The translations under genes were made by a program, and so were the position numbers. From contig CAWDSQ010000020.1 of the NCBI GenBank assembly GCA_963804955.1, forward strand, positions 160,001-224,000: a stretch of DNA of 64,000 nt, given 5' to 3'. Source of the DNA: an uncultured delta proteobacterium. Its GTDB lineage: Bacteria > Desulfobacterota > WTBG01 > CAIYCZ01 > CAIRTM01. Positions 14,293 through 25,597 of the stretch are shown here, piece by piece. The first letter of the stretch is position 1. Each line of letters opens with the position of its first letter. Under the pieces are notes generated by a model. It did not search any database and was not told where the DNA came from. It worked only from the letters and a program-made list of their open reading frames with translations.

Positions 14293-14839
14293 TTTATTTG
14301 CAGGTTTCTTGTTTTTTATTGCTTCAACGGCCATGCTTTGCCTGATTGCCTGCTCAGATAAAGCTCAGGAATCTGCACCACCTCCTTCTAAAACAAAGAA
14401 GGAAATCAGCAAAAAAGGTGCTGAAAAAGAAATCAAGACACAAGTAATGGCTCAGACTACGCAGTCTGTAAAAGAATTTTATACGTACAATCCCAACGGG
14501 AAAGTGGACCCCTTTGTCCCAATGATATCTGAAGCACCAGAGGAAATTCCGCAAAAAACCGAGTCTAAAGCATCTGATATCCCTATTACGCCACTGCAAA
14601 AACTTGATGTTGATGATTTTAACCTTGTTGCAGTCATAGCAACTCCAACCGGGTTTTGCGCACTGCTTGAGGACCCGGCCATGAACGGCTATAAAGTTAC
14701 AGAAGGAATGCAAATTGGAAGAAAATCAGGTGTTATAAAAAAAATATTACACAATAGTGTTATAGTTGAAGAAAATAAAGAAATAGATCAGAAAAATAAT
14801 GAAAAAAAAATAAATACTTTAACTCTAAGAAAAAAATAG
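14252..14839 (+). CDS. pilP: Type IV pilus lipoprotein PilP
   Basis: Lipobox LIAC, YNP.GK.DPF, PLQK; position in operon; start uncertain. Confidence 0.9.
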   Translation: MLEKNLKKTKRRSNLFAGFLFFIASTAMLCLIACSDKAQESAPPPSKTKKEISKKGAEKEIKTQVMAQTTQSVKEFYTYNPNGKVDPFVPMISEAPEEIPQKTESKASDIPITPLQKLDVDDFNLVAVIATPTGFCALLEDPAMNGYKVTEGMQIGRKSGVIKKILHNSVIVEENKEIDQKNNEKKINTLTLRKK

Positions 14840-14851
14840 GTTGAGGTCAGC

Positions 14852-17068
14852 ATGAAATACAATATTGGTTCCCACTACATTTATATTTTTATTTTAATTC
14901 TAGTACTCACTCTTGGCTGCTCATCCAAAAAAGATATTATGGACGAGCAGGCCCCTCCAATTTCTTCTCAGGAAATTGGAGGTGACAACGGATCTGCAAC
15001 CCAGCCCGAAATCCAGGCGTCATTGCAGAATAAAATTACTGATATCCGTGTGTCTGAGGGTAAGGAAGGCACCGATATCATTATCAATGCTACAAAAAAA
15101 CCCAACTATACGCATTTCAAATTATCAAAGCCTGATCGCATAATAATCGACATACCAGATATCTCCAATGATGAGCCCATAAAGGAGTTCAGCCCTGAGA
15201 GTGGCTTGGTCAGCTCTATTAGAACATCTTTGATAACTGATAAAGATCTGAAGTATCTGCGGGTCGAAATTGTCTTGAAAAGCCTGGTAACCTATGCCGC
15301 TCAAAGTGATGACAGCACTATAGTAGTGAATATCAGAAAAAACCGCTCAAATCAGAATGTTATAGCGGATCAGCCCGCTTCAGCATCAGCAGTTGCGCTG
15401 CTTTTGGATGCAAATAATGAAAATGTCGGAGAAAGCAATTTAATCAGGCTGCAGCTGCAAAATTCGATTCCGCGATTTACCTCATACAAACTGGTCAACC
15501 CTGCGCGGCTTGTTGTGGAATTGGAAAACGCGCGCAACAAAATAATTCCTGGATATGTCAATATAAATGAAAATCAATTGAAGAAAATAAGAATTGGCCA
15601 AAGAGAAAATAATTTAAAAATTGTTTTTGACATTCAGGGCCATTCAGTTCCCGAGTATGAAATTCGACAGTCTGATCTTTATTTATTAGTTGCTCTTGGA
15701 CCAGAGGCAATTGAAGCTGGCAGAAAAAACGCAAAAATGCCTGCAGCAGAAAAAATTGAGCCGGCAGCGGAGCCCGCTGCAATGGCAAAAACAGCTCCTG
15801 AATCCAGAAAGCCGGCAATTGGTGAGACTGTTTATACCGGTGAAAAAATATCGCTTGATTTCAAGGATGCGGATTTAAAAAATGTGCTGCGTTTGCTGGG
15901 GGATATTGGCGGAATCAATATGACGATTGGCGAAAGAGTTGCCGGCAAAGTAACTTTAAAGCTTGAAAATATTCCCTGTGATGAAGCTTTAGATATCGTC
16001 CTTATAAATAACGGCCTCGATAAAACCGTCACCTCGCAATATACCCGCATAGATCTGGTTGAACAAATCAAAAAATTCAATGATGATCGATCGCAGGCCA
16101 AGAGATCTCATGAGCAGGCAGAAGACACGATTATTAAAACGTTCCCCATAAGCTATGCTCAGGCGAGCAATCTTTCCGCTTTTATAAAGCAGATGAATGT
16201 ACTGACGCCAAACAGGGGCAGCGTCAATTTTTTCGAGCTTACCAATAAATTAACGGTTTCCGATATTCCTTCCGTTGTCGCAAAAATCGAAAAGATAATA
16301 GATGAACAGGATATACCAACCAGGCAGGTCATGATCGAGAGCAGGGTCGTTCAGTCTGCGCCGAGCTTTGTAAGAGATTTGGGTATTGCCTGGGGCGGTA
16401 CGTACAATGGACATGGCGGCAATGCCGATATACCGATTACAGGCGCTGCCGGCGGAGGCAACGTTGTGAATTTGCTTGGCGTTGCGAATGGTGCAATCAA
16501 TGTCGGCTATATTGTTGCCGACAAATACGCTCTCGATGCCACGCTCACGGCCGCAGAGAATGATGATAAGCTGAAAATTCTCTCTAACCCGCGCCTGCTT
16601 ACGCTTGATAATAAAGAAGCTTCCATTAAGCAGGGCGTTCAGCTGCCATATCTGAAATTGAATGAAAACGGCGTCACATCAACAGAGTTCAAGGATGCGG
16701 TCCTTGAAATGAAAGTGAAGCCGAAAATAACATCGGCCGATACCATAGCAATAAACGTTGATGTCAAAAAAGATCAGAAATCAGCTCAAACAGGGACCGG
16801 TAATGAGCCCGGTATTGATGTTCGTCAAATAAAAACAGACCTGCTTGTTGAAAGCGGCAAAACTGTTGTCATAGGAGGTATCTATGAAACAACAAAATCC
16901 AAAAACATAAAAAAGGTTCCTTTTTTCGGCGATCTCCCCATCATTGGCTGGGCTTTCAGGAGTGTACGGGAGGAAGATACTCTGACGGAAATGCTTGTTT
17001 TTATAACGGTCACCGTTGTTGATTCGCCAAAAAAAGCTACAGTAGATGTCATTGATAAAAAAGGGTAA
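14852..17068 (+). CDS. pilQ: Type IV pilus secretin PilQ (lipoprotein signal, two AMIN domains)
   Basis: TLGC lipobox; two AMIN-like repeats (PDRIIID, PARLVVE); YTGEKISLDFKDAD; secretin motif GGIY...KVPFFGDLPIIGWAF. Confidence 0.97.
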   Translation: MKYNIGSHYIYIFILILVLTLGCSSKKDIMDEQAPPISSQEIGGDNGSATQPEIQASLQNKITDIRVSEGKEGTDIIINATKKPNYTHFKLSKPDRIIIDIPDISNDEPIKEFSPESGLVSSIRTSLITDKDLKYLRVEIVLKSLVTYAAQSDDSTIVVNIRKNRSNQNVIADQPASASAVALLLDANNENVGESNLIRLQLQNSIPRFTSYKLVNPARLVVELENARNKIIPGYVNINENQLKKIRIGQRENNLKIVFDIQGHSVPEYEIRQSDLYLLVALGPEAIEAGRKNAKMPAAEKIEPAAEPAAMAKTAPESRKPAIGETVYTGEKISLDFKDADLKNVLRLLGDIGGINMTIGERVAGKVTLKLENIPCDEALDIVLINNGLDKTVTSQYTRIDLVEQIKKFNDDRSQAKRSHEQAEDTIIKTFPISYAQASNLSAFIKQMNVLTPNRGSVNFFELTNKLTVSDIPSVVAKIEKIIDEQDIPTRQVMIESRVVQSAPSFVRDLGIAWGGTYNGHGGNADIPITGAAGGGNVVNLLGVANGAINVGYIVADKYALDATLTAAENDDKLKILSNPRLLTLDNKEASIKQGVQLPYLKLNENGVTSTEFKDAVLEMKVKPKITSADTIAINVDVKKDQKSAQTGTGNEPGIDVRQIKTDLLVESGKTVVIGGIYETTKSKNIKKVPFFGDLPIIGWAFRSVREEDTLTEMLVFITVTVVDSPKKATVDVIDKKG

Positions 17069-17090
17069 ATTATATATTTTGGAGGCTACA

Positions 17091-18253
17091 ATGAATCATA
17101 AATCTTTACTATCAGTATGCTTAGCTATACTCGGCAGCGTTTGCTTCGGCTGCAGCGGCGCCACGACACAGACAACAATCACGCCAACGGCAACATCAAA
17201 TGTCAGATTTATTCCCGCTGATAATACCGTGGTTCTTGCGGGCATTCGCAATGTGGCTATATTTCCGTTTGCCGACTATTCATACCAGCAGTGCCATCTT
17301 GTTAAGGATTGCTGGGGAGGCAATATAAAAATCACCGAGGCGATCACCGACCAGTTCACCACTCACGGGATCACGGTCGCTGTGCAGGAGGATGTCAACA
17401 CGCTCCTGGTTGATGAAAAGGTGATTCGCCCGATTGATGAGGATAAGTATCTTATTGAGGGAACTGTTGAGTCAAAAGATACTGAGAATAAAAAAATAAG
17501 CACCCCCGAATATGAAGTGACCGGCTCCGAACACTCACCTGATATGATCGATGAAATTTTAAGAATAATCGATTTTACCGGTAAAAATAAGAAAAACAAA
17601 ATTGAAGCGTCCCCGGTGATTCAGGGCGTTACAGTCGGCCTGTCCAAAGAAAAAATTATAGAACTCGGCGACAAATTAGGTGTTGATGTTAATTATACGG
17701 GGAAGAATTATCGACTACGGCTACAAGGATATCGGCACCCTCAACCCTCTCTATCGCGGTGTTATCCCTGTTGCTCTCGATTCAGTCAAAGATATTCTCT
17801 ACGGTTCTACCAATGCCTACGGCTATGAAAATGATCTGGAAAACATTGAAAACATGGCGGTCGGCGGTGCAGCGGGTTATGCAATCGGCGAAAAAGCCTG
17901 GGCAAATTCACACGCATGGCGCAGCCGGCCTTGCCCTGGGCACATTTTCCGGCTGGATGGCTTCACAGCATCCCAAAAAGGCCAAGCGGTCAGCTGTCGT
18001 GCAGGTGCGCTTATATGCTCAGAATGCCCTTAATGGTGACGTGCTCTGGACGAACAGAGCCGAGATAGAATATACACCCAAAAGCAACTTCGCCTATGAT
18101 GAAACACATCCCAAGACCATGTTTGACAATGCAGTCAAAAGTGGTATTAAACAATTAATGGATGACTTCTTTAAGGAAGCAGAGGACTACAGCAGCAAGG
18201 CTCCTTATGAAGAGCCGGGAATGCCGATTAAAGATGTTAAACCGGGGGTTTAA
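17091..18253 (+). CDS. Uncharacterised lipoprotein with CsgG/PelC/DUF799-like alpha/beta motifs, split by two extra bases
   Basis: Lipobox CFGC; VAIFPFADY, LGDKLGVDV-IIRGRIIDYG and VQVRLYAQNALNGDVLW; three overlapping ORFs join by removing one base near 17690 and one near 17910. Confidence 0.7.
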
Positions 18254-18267
18254 AGGGGAGTTTTCCA

Positions 18268-21200
18268 ATGTCGAAACGATTTTTTTTCATCATTGCAGCA
18301 CTTGTTTTTTTTAGCTCAAGCGCCTGGGCGCAGCTGTCTACGACATCTCCCTGGCCTAAAAAACATAATGATTTAAAAAACACCGGATTTACGAATTTAA
18401 ATTCAGGCACTACAACCGGCAAAGCAAAGTGGGCTTTTGAAGCACCTGGAAATTTTAAATCATCCCCAATTCTTGATAACAACGGAAAAGTATATATCGG
18501 CTCGACTGAAGGAACTTTCTATGCCATCAATCGCATAGACGGCTCACTTGCATGGAAATATAAAACCAATGGCGCTATAGAATTTTCCTCCCCTGCCATT
18601 GGCCAGAATGGTGTCGTCTATGTTGGCAATATGGCGCCCGCAGGCAGAGTATACGCTTTTGATACAAACACCATTAACCCGGATATACCCTCAACATGGG
18701 TTCCCCTCTGGACATATGATACCGGCGGCGGCATTCAGGGATCCATTACCATTGATACTGATGGATCTATTGTTTTTCCGTCAAATGACGGCCATGTGTA
18801 TGCCCTGAATACAAACGGTACGCTTAAATGGCGGAGCCTGGAAAATTACAGCTCCATTTTCACGACACCTGCCATAGACACTGCAACCTCACGTGTTCTG
18901 TTCGGCAGCCAGGAGCCCCAGGACCGGTTTTACACCTATTATGATGGTGAAAATGTACCGGCATCGGTAACCTGCGATGTTATTCCGATCATTAATTTTT
19001 ACAAGGCGCCCACTTTTTTCACCGTAGATAGAAACACAGGAATCGAGCTGACCAATTTCCCCAGTTTTTGCCCTCCCGGTGGTATGACTGCCTCTCCGGT
19101 TATATATTCAAACGGCGACTATCTCGTTCCTTTTTTAAAGCAGACCTATGGAAGTTTTTGTACGGATAGTGTACTTGAAGTGCTCGATGGCCAGACCTGG
19201 GCTGTCTCTGATACGTTGGTGCCTTATAATGCGGCACTCAATTATCCGGTTGATAATACCACCTGCACTGATATTCTTGTCTCTCAAACCGGCTCCACTT
19301 TCGGCAAAGCCTATACCGGCGAAATATGGTCGACGCCGGCGGTTTTTACTGATAACTCCTATGTTATCGGCGAGGGAACACAATTTGCCCGATATTTACC
19401 CAGCGGCAATTTGTACAACGGACTTGTTATCGATGTCGGCGCAAGAATAGAATCATCCCCTGCCATTGACGCTAAGCTTGATGTCTATTTCGGCACCAAC
19501 GGCGGTCAGTTTTTCTGTTTTTGCGCTTCCTGCTCAGAAGGGGATTCCTTAATCAAATGGCAGTTTCCTGCAAACGGTTCGCCGCTGACTGACCAATTCG
19601 GGAATGTCGTAGAAATTAAATCATCACCTGCTATTGATAATGATGCAAAGCATTCCATCTATGTCGGGGCGAATAACGGCACGCTGTATGCTTTTTTTGA
19701 CGGGCCGTCAATATATGGAACAATAAAACTAAGTAACGGCGATCCGCTGAACGGTGTAAAAGTAACCGTTAACAAATACTCAAACAGGAATTATTACGAC
19801 AGTCTATACCGATGCTACGGGCTATTATGTAACGCCGGGCCTGGACAGCGGGCAGTACCAGGTTATTCCGCAATTAAATAATTATGTTTTCAACCCGTCA
19901 GATGCTCCGGTTACGCTGAAAACAATAGATCAAAGCCTCAATTTTACCGCCTCACTCAGTTTTACTCTTCAGGGAAAAGTTGCCTCTGCTGTCGACAACA
20001 CAGGATTGTCTCAAGTTGCAATCAAACTTGTCACGAAAAACGCACTGGGTGATGTTATTTACTCAGACAACAGCACGCAAACTGATGCCGACGGAAATTA
20101 TACGTTTACCGGCATAGGTTATGGCACCACAACTTTAACACCTTCCCGGCCGGGCTGGGGTTTTGATCCCCCATCGATTGATCAGGTCATTACATCCGCC
20201 GACCCTGAAGGTACAGTTTTTCCGATTGCGACTTTTGCCGGTACACTTGGCTATCAGGTTTCGGGAAAAGTCATTGATGCCACAAAGCCCCTGGATGATC
20301 CTGACAATGGCATTGCGGATGTTACGGTAACAATAACAAGCGGAACTTCATTTACTGACACACGGACCACCAATCCACAGGGCCAGTACTCTTTTACCGG
20401 CCTTGCAGATGGCACATATATAGTCAAACCTGCACGCAATTTATACAAATTTTCACCCACGAACCGGACTGTAGTAATTGATAGCGCCAGCGTGCTTGAC
20501 CAGAATTTTTACGGCGCAACCGGCAGTACCATATCCGGAACCCTGAAACTGTCTGGCGATGATACTTCTTTTGACGGTTTTGTGGTCAATCTCTACAGGG
20601 ATGACGAAACCTTCTGGTCGAAAATTTTCAATAGAAACAAACCCCGAACTCTTGTTGCAACAGTTGATGTCGGAGACCAGGGATTCTTTATTTTCATGGG
20701 CGTGGCGGCCGGCAAGTATATTGTAGAGCCGTTCAAAGACGGCTACGGTTTCGAGCCTTCATCAAAAAAAGTCACCATGACAGGCTTAAATGATGTCGGG
20801 AGTCTTGTTTTCACTGCAATCGGCGGCTTCTCGATTTCCGGGAAGATGACCAATTTACTCGGTTTTCCAGAATCCGGCATTGGTGTAATCCTGGTAAATG
20901 ACATAACCGGAGCTACGTATACAGCCATATCAGGCCTCGACGGTTCATATACGTTTACCGGTCTTGAGTCGGGATCATTTACGGTAATACCCGAACAAAC
21001 TGAGTTCAACACAATATCTCCTGCTTCAAAAAATGTTATTATCACAACAGACAGCGTCAGAAAAGTAAACTTCAAAGTCTACTCATTGTGTACAAAGACC
21101 TTTATCACCATACCCTTTTGGGGAACGACCGACTCAACCGTAAACATAATTGGATCATTCTTCGGCACTACCCCTGCTGCTCGACGACACGTCAACGGTA

Positions 21201-21435
21201 GCTGTTACGCTCTATGACGGCACAACAACAAGCGTTACTCCCGGCGTGTATTTCGGAACAAATGATCCTGCATCATGGGTCAAGGCTACTGTGGACAAGC
21301 TGGTCACCGTTTTATATAACCGCAAAGGTTCCTGTTCTCACTCTGCGGGTCGTGCGCGTCTGGGTTGTCCGGCCTGGCCTGTCGGCATGCATCACGAATT
21401 CGCCGGTAAATTTTTTCATAAATACAAATCAGTGA
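18268..21435 (+). CDS. Large secreted protein (~1050 aa): PQQ-like beta-propeller, about 5 carboxypeptidase-regulatory/Cna-B-like domains and an IPT/TIG-like C-terminus; split by three extra bases
   Basis: Signal peptide; SPWPK...NTG; repeated SSPAI...G.VY.G...G..YA...G..KW; repeated T...G.Y.F.GL..G.Y.V.P; C-terminal VNIIGSFFG...VYFG...WS..YITAKVP; joins by removing one base near each of 19770, 21180 and 21298. Confidence 0.8.
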
Positions 21436-21458
21436 TTGTAACCAGGACTTTCTGGTGA

Positions 21459-21500
21459 TGCAAGAGGCACAAGTGAAACAAGCTTGTGCCTCTTTGCATT
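21459..21500 (+). terminator. Hairpin/terminator between the pil accessory genes and aroC
   Basis: 12-bp inverted repeat AAGAGGCACAAG/CTTGTGCCTCTT. Confidence 0.65.
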
Positions 21501-21564
21501 TACATTTGCCCTCTTGATTTTTCTGTGCTACAAATTTTGAAAACTATTAACATAAAGGACCAAA

Positions 21565-22725
21565 ATGCTGCGCTTTTTAACTGCAGGTGAATCACATGGA
21601 CCGGCCCTGACTGCTGTCATTGATGGTGTTCCCTCAGGGCTTAAACTTACGGCTGAAGCAATCAATCATGACCTTGCCCGGCGTCAGATCGGCTATGGCC
21701 GGGGCAAGCGCATGGAAATTGAAAAAGACAGGGTTGAAATCATTTCGGGTGTCCGTTTTGCCAAAACGCTCGGGACCCCCGTTTCTTTGCTTATACATAA
21801 TCTTGACTGGCCCAACTGGCAGCAGACAATGTCTGCTGCGGCTGTCCGGGATTGTTCAGCAACTCCTATAACTGAACCCCGGCCCGGACATGCCGATCTG
21901 CCGGGAGCGCTGAAATATGACCACAAGGATATACGCAATATACTGGAGAGGGCCAGCGCCCGGGAAACAACAACACGTGTGGCTGTCGGCGCCGTATGCC
22001 GGACTTTTCTTTCAGCATTCGGCATTCAGATAAGCAGTTATGTGACAGAAATCGGCGGCATCAGAATTCCCTGTTCTGCTCTTGATCTGAAAACAAGATT
22101 CCTCCTGGCTGAAAAATCAGACCTCCGCTGTGTCTGCCCCGAAACTGAAAAAAAAATTAAAAAGCGCATTGATGCATGCAGGCGGAAAGGCGACTCTTTA
22201 GGCGGCGTTTTCGAGGTTGTAGCAACAGGGCTGCCCGTAGGGCTGGGAAGCTACTCGCAGTGGGATACACGCCTTGACGGCAGGCTGGCGCAGGCTGTCA
22301 TGAGCATACAGGCGATTAAAGGGGTGGAAATAGGCCTTGGCTTTGAAACTGCCCGTATAAGCGGCTCCCGTGTTCATGATGAAATTTTTCATGATAAAAA
22401 CAGAGGTTTTTTCAGAAAAACCAATAATGCAGGCGGCATTGAAGGCGGCATATCAAATGGTGAGCCCATTATAATCAGGGCGGCCATGAAACCCATCGCA
22501 ACACTCTACAGCCCGCTGCATTCGGTGGACATTATTACAAAAAAAACTGTTAAAGCCGCTGTGGAGCGCTCCGATATCTGCCGGGTTCCATCGGCCGCCG
22601 TCATAGGCGAGGCAATGGTTGCCATGGAGCTTGCTAAAATCATGCTGGAGAAATTCGGCGCCGACAGCATGCGGGAAATTACAAAAAATTACAAAGCCTA
22701 TACCTCCCATATCGCTAGATTTTAG
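21565..22725 (+). CDS. aroC: Chorismate synthase
   Basis: TAGESHG, RPGHAD, ERASARET, NNAGGIEGG, MKPI. Confidence 0.99.
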   Translation: MLRFLTAGESHGPALTAVIDGVPSGLKLTAEAINHDLARRQIGYGRGKRMEIEKDRVEIISGVRFAKTLGTPVSLLIHNLDWPNWQQTMSAAAVRDCSATPITEPRPGHADLPGALKYDHKDIRNILERASARETTTRVAVGAVCRTFLSAFGIQISSYVTEIGGIRIPCSALDLKTRFLLAEKSDLRCVCPETEKKIKKRIDACRRKGDSLGGVFEVVATGLPVGLGSYSQWDTRLDGRLAQAVMSIQAIKGVEIGLGFETARISGSRVHDEIFHDKNRGFFRKTNNAGGIEGGISNGEPIIIRAAMKPIATLYSPLHSVDIITKKTVKAAVERSDICRVPSAAVIGEAMVAMELAKIMLEKFGADSMREITKNYKAYTSHIARF

Positions 22726-22727
22726 CT

Positions 22728-23813
22728 ATGAATACTGTCACCGTCGATCTTGGCCAGCGAAGCTATGATATTTTAATAGAAGAACAGCTCCTTGATAAGG
22801 CTGGCTCCTGTATAGCCGGACTGCGCCCTCAAGCAACCACTGCCATAGTCACCAATACGACTGTCGCACCGCTCTATGCTGCCCGGCTGTCGGCAGCACT
22901 TACACATTCCGGCATTAAAACGGCTGTCATAGAACTTCCCGACGGAGAGCAATTCAAAACTCACGACCACCTGATGCACATCTATTCCTCAATGCTCGCA
23001 GCAGGCCTTGACCGGCAATCGCTGCTCATAGCCCTTGGAGGCGGCGTTATAGGAGATATGACCGGCTTTGCCGCCGCTACCTATATGCGTGGCGTGCCTT
23101 TTATTCAAATACCCACAACGCTGCTTGCGCAGGTTGACAGCAGCGTCGGCGGTAAAACAGGAGTCAATCTTGCTGAAGGCAAAAATCTTGTCGGAGCATT
23201 TCATCAGCCGCTTATGGTTTTAATTGATCCTCACGTGCTGAAAACCCTTCCAGCCAGGCAATTGCAGTCAGGCGCAGCAGAGGTTGTAAAAACAGCTGTC
23301 ATTCATGATGCAAAATTTTTTGATTACCTTGAACATACCGCAGCAGGAATTGCCGGAGCTGATATGGCGGTGCTTCAAACCGTTATTGAAGCGTGCTGCA
23401 GGATTAAGGCCACAATAACCGCACTTGATGAAACTGAGCAGGGTATACGCGCATTTCTAAATTTCGGGCATACCATCGGTCATGCCATTGAAACGCTGAC
23501 CGGCTATGCGACCTACACCCATGGTGAAGCCGTATCCATAGGCATGGCAGCAACTGCGCATATGTCATGCAAACTTGGATTTTGCAAAAACAGCGATGCC
23601 GAGCGGATAATCGCTCTGCTCCAGAATATCGGGCTTCCCACGGCCCTGCCCCGTTTTTCAGCCGCAGCCTATATCAAAGCTATTTTAAAAGATAAAAAAA
23701 AGATGGCGGATGCTTTAAAAATGGTTTTCATTAAAGAAATCGGTACTGTTTTTATGCGCGCTACAGCAGCTCAGGAGCTGCATGAACTGCTGGTTAATGA
23801 ATGCAGTCTCTAA
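22728..23813 (+). CDS. aroB: 3-dehydroquinate synthase
   Basis: GGGVIGD, PTTLLAQVDSSVGGKT, LNFGHTIGHAIE, HGEAV. Confidence 0.99.
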   Translation: MNTVTVDLGQRSYDILIEEQLLDKAGSCIAGLRPQATTAIVTNTTVAPLYAARLSAALTHSGIKTAVIELPDGEQFKTHDHLMHIYSSMLAAGLDRQSLLIALGGGVIGDMTGFAAATYMRGVPFIQIPTTLLAQVDSSVGGKTGVNLAEGKNLVGAFHQPLMVLIDPHVLKTLPARQLQSGAAEVVKTAVIHDAKFFDYLEHTAAGIAGADMAVLQTVIEACCRIKATITALDETEQGIRAFLNFGHTIGHAIETLTGYATYTHGEAVSIGMAATAHMSCKLGFCKNSDAERIIALLQNIGLPTALPRFSAAAYIKAILKDKKKMADALKMVFIKEIGTVFMRATAAQELHELLVNECSL

Positions 23814-23825
23814 GAGGTATACATC

Positions 23826-24269
23826 ATGAACATACTTGTGCTCCATGGCCCCAATTTAAATCTTCTCGGCAGGCGTGAGCCTGATCACTACGGCAGCCTG
23901 ACCCTCGGCAATATTAACGCGCTGCTGCAGGAGGCAGCTCAAAAAGAACGCATTGAAATTAGCTTTTACCAGTCAAACGCCGAGGGAGAGCTCGTCGATG
24001 CCGTGCATAAGGCCATTGGGGTTTTTGATGGTATTATTATTAACCCCGGCGCCTACACGCATACCAGCATAGCGCTTCGTGATGCAATACTTGCGGCGGG
24101 AATCCCTGTGGTTGAAGTCCATTTGTCAAATATCTACTGCAGAGAGGATTTCAGGCAGCACTCCTATATTTCAGGCGTAGCCCTCGGGGTCATTTCAGGC
24201 TTCAGGGAACAGAGCTACCTGCTTGGATTGCAGGCTCTTATTGCGCATGCAAAGAAAGCATCCTGCTAA
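23826..24269 (+). CDS. aroQ: Type II 3-dehydroquinate dehydratase
   Basis: [28 protein letters not shown]. Confidence 0.99.
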   Translation: MNILVLHGPNLNLLGRREPDHYGSLTLGNINALLQEAAQKERIEISFYQSNAEGELVDAVHKAIGVFDGIIINPGAYTHTSIALRDAILAAGIPVVEVHLSNIYCREDFRQHSYISGVALGVISGFREQSYLLGLQALIAHAKKASC

Positions 24270-25597
24270 GATTTTTCTTTTTTTGCACGGGGTGCTATTT
24301 CAATCCGTATTGGAAGACCCTCAAAATTGAAACGTTCACGAACCGCTCTTTCAAAATAGCGCAGGTAGGATGGCTGAAAAGCCTCCGTGTGATTGGTGAA
24401 TATTTTAAACGTAGGCGGAGCAGTAGCAACCTGAGAAGAATAATATATGCGCGTTCTGTGCGATGGCCCGCGCGGCGGCGGATTCTGATCATAAATCTGC
24501 TGAACACCTCTATTGACCTCACTCGTAGCGACTCTGCGGGAATAGCCGGCCCCCAGAGTTTCAATCAGATCAAACAGCTTTCTGACCCGCAAGCCCGTAA
24601 CTGCAGAAACAGTTACAATCGGGGCGAAATCAATAAATGACAAATCGGACCGAACAGCATTCACGAAAGCTTCATGCGTTTTGGTCTCTTTTTCAATGAG
24701 GTCCCATTTATTTATCAGTATGATGCAGGCACGCTTGCGGTCATAAATCTCGGCAGCCAGTTTTGCATCCTGCGTGGTGACGCCCTGCGCTGCATCAAGC
24801 ATTAAAATACAAATTGATGACCGGTTGATGCTTCGCAATGCCTGGAGAGCAGTATATTTCTCAAGACTGTAGCTCATACGGCTCTTTTTGCGAATGCCTG
24901 CCGTATCGATAAAGCGTATAGTTTTCTGGTTATATTTGATCAGGGTATCAATGGGGTCGCGCGTCGTACCGGCAATACTGCTCACCATATGCTTTTTGTA
25001 GCCGACCAGCTTATTGACAAGCGATGATTTTCCCACATTGGGCCTGCCGATAATTGAAACGATGGTCTCATCTTCTCCGGCGGCAGATTCCTGGCCAGGG
25101 GCTGCATAGGCGCAGACTGCAGTCATTAAATCCTGTATGCCAAGCCGGTTTTTTGCCGAAACAGGCACCACGTGCTCGACGCCAAGGCGATAGAAATCAA
25201 CGCTGTTTTGTTCATCGATTGTTTTTTCAACTTTATTAACGGCATAAATGACTGGCTTTCGGGATTTCTGAAGTATTCGTGTTATTTCTATATCGTTATG
25301 GAGAAGCCCCTGTTTGCCATCCATGAGAAAAATGATTATGTCGGCCTCTTCAACGGCCAGGCGGGCATGTTCCTGAACAAGCAGTGCGAGTTCATCATCA
25401 ACATCAGGATCAAAACCCCCGGTATCGACCAGCGTGAACGCGTATTCCTCCCAGAGTATGTCAACGTAATTTCTGTCTCTGGTAACGCCTGCAAGATCGT
25501 CGACAATGGCTATATTTTTTTTCGCAAGTGTATTAAACAAAGTTGATTTGCCGACATTCGGTCTGCCGACGATTGCAACAACAGGCTTCGTTTTCAT
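24266..25597 (-). CDS. der: Ribosome biogenesis GTPase Der (EngA)
   Basis: Two GRPNVGKS GTPase domains and a KH-like C-terminus. Confidence 0.99.
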   Translation of the reverse strand: MKTKPVVAIVGRPNVGKSTLFNTLAKKNIAIVDDLAGVTRDRNYVDILWEEYAFTLVDTGGFDPDVDDELALLVQEHARLAVEEADIIIFLMDGKQGLLHNDIEITRILQKSRKPVIYAVNKVEKTIDEQNSVDFYRLGVEHVVPVSAKNRLGIQDLMTAVCAYAAPGQESAAGEDETIVSIIGRPNVGKSSLVNKLVGYKKHMVSSIAGTTRDPIDTLIKYNQKTIRFIDTAGIRKKSRMSYSLEKYTALQALRSINRSSICILMLDAAQGVTTQDAKLAAEIYDRKRACIILINKWDLIEKETKTHEAFVNAVRSDLSFIDFAPIVTVSAVTGLRVRKLFDLIETLGAGYSRRVATSEVNRGVQQIYDQNPPPRGPSHRTRIYYSSQVATAPPTFKIFTNHTEAFQPSYLRYFERAVRERFNFEGLPIRIEIAPRAKKEKS

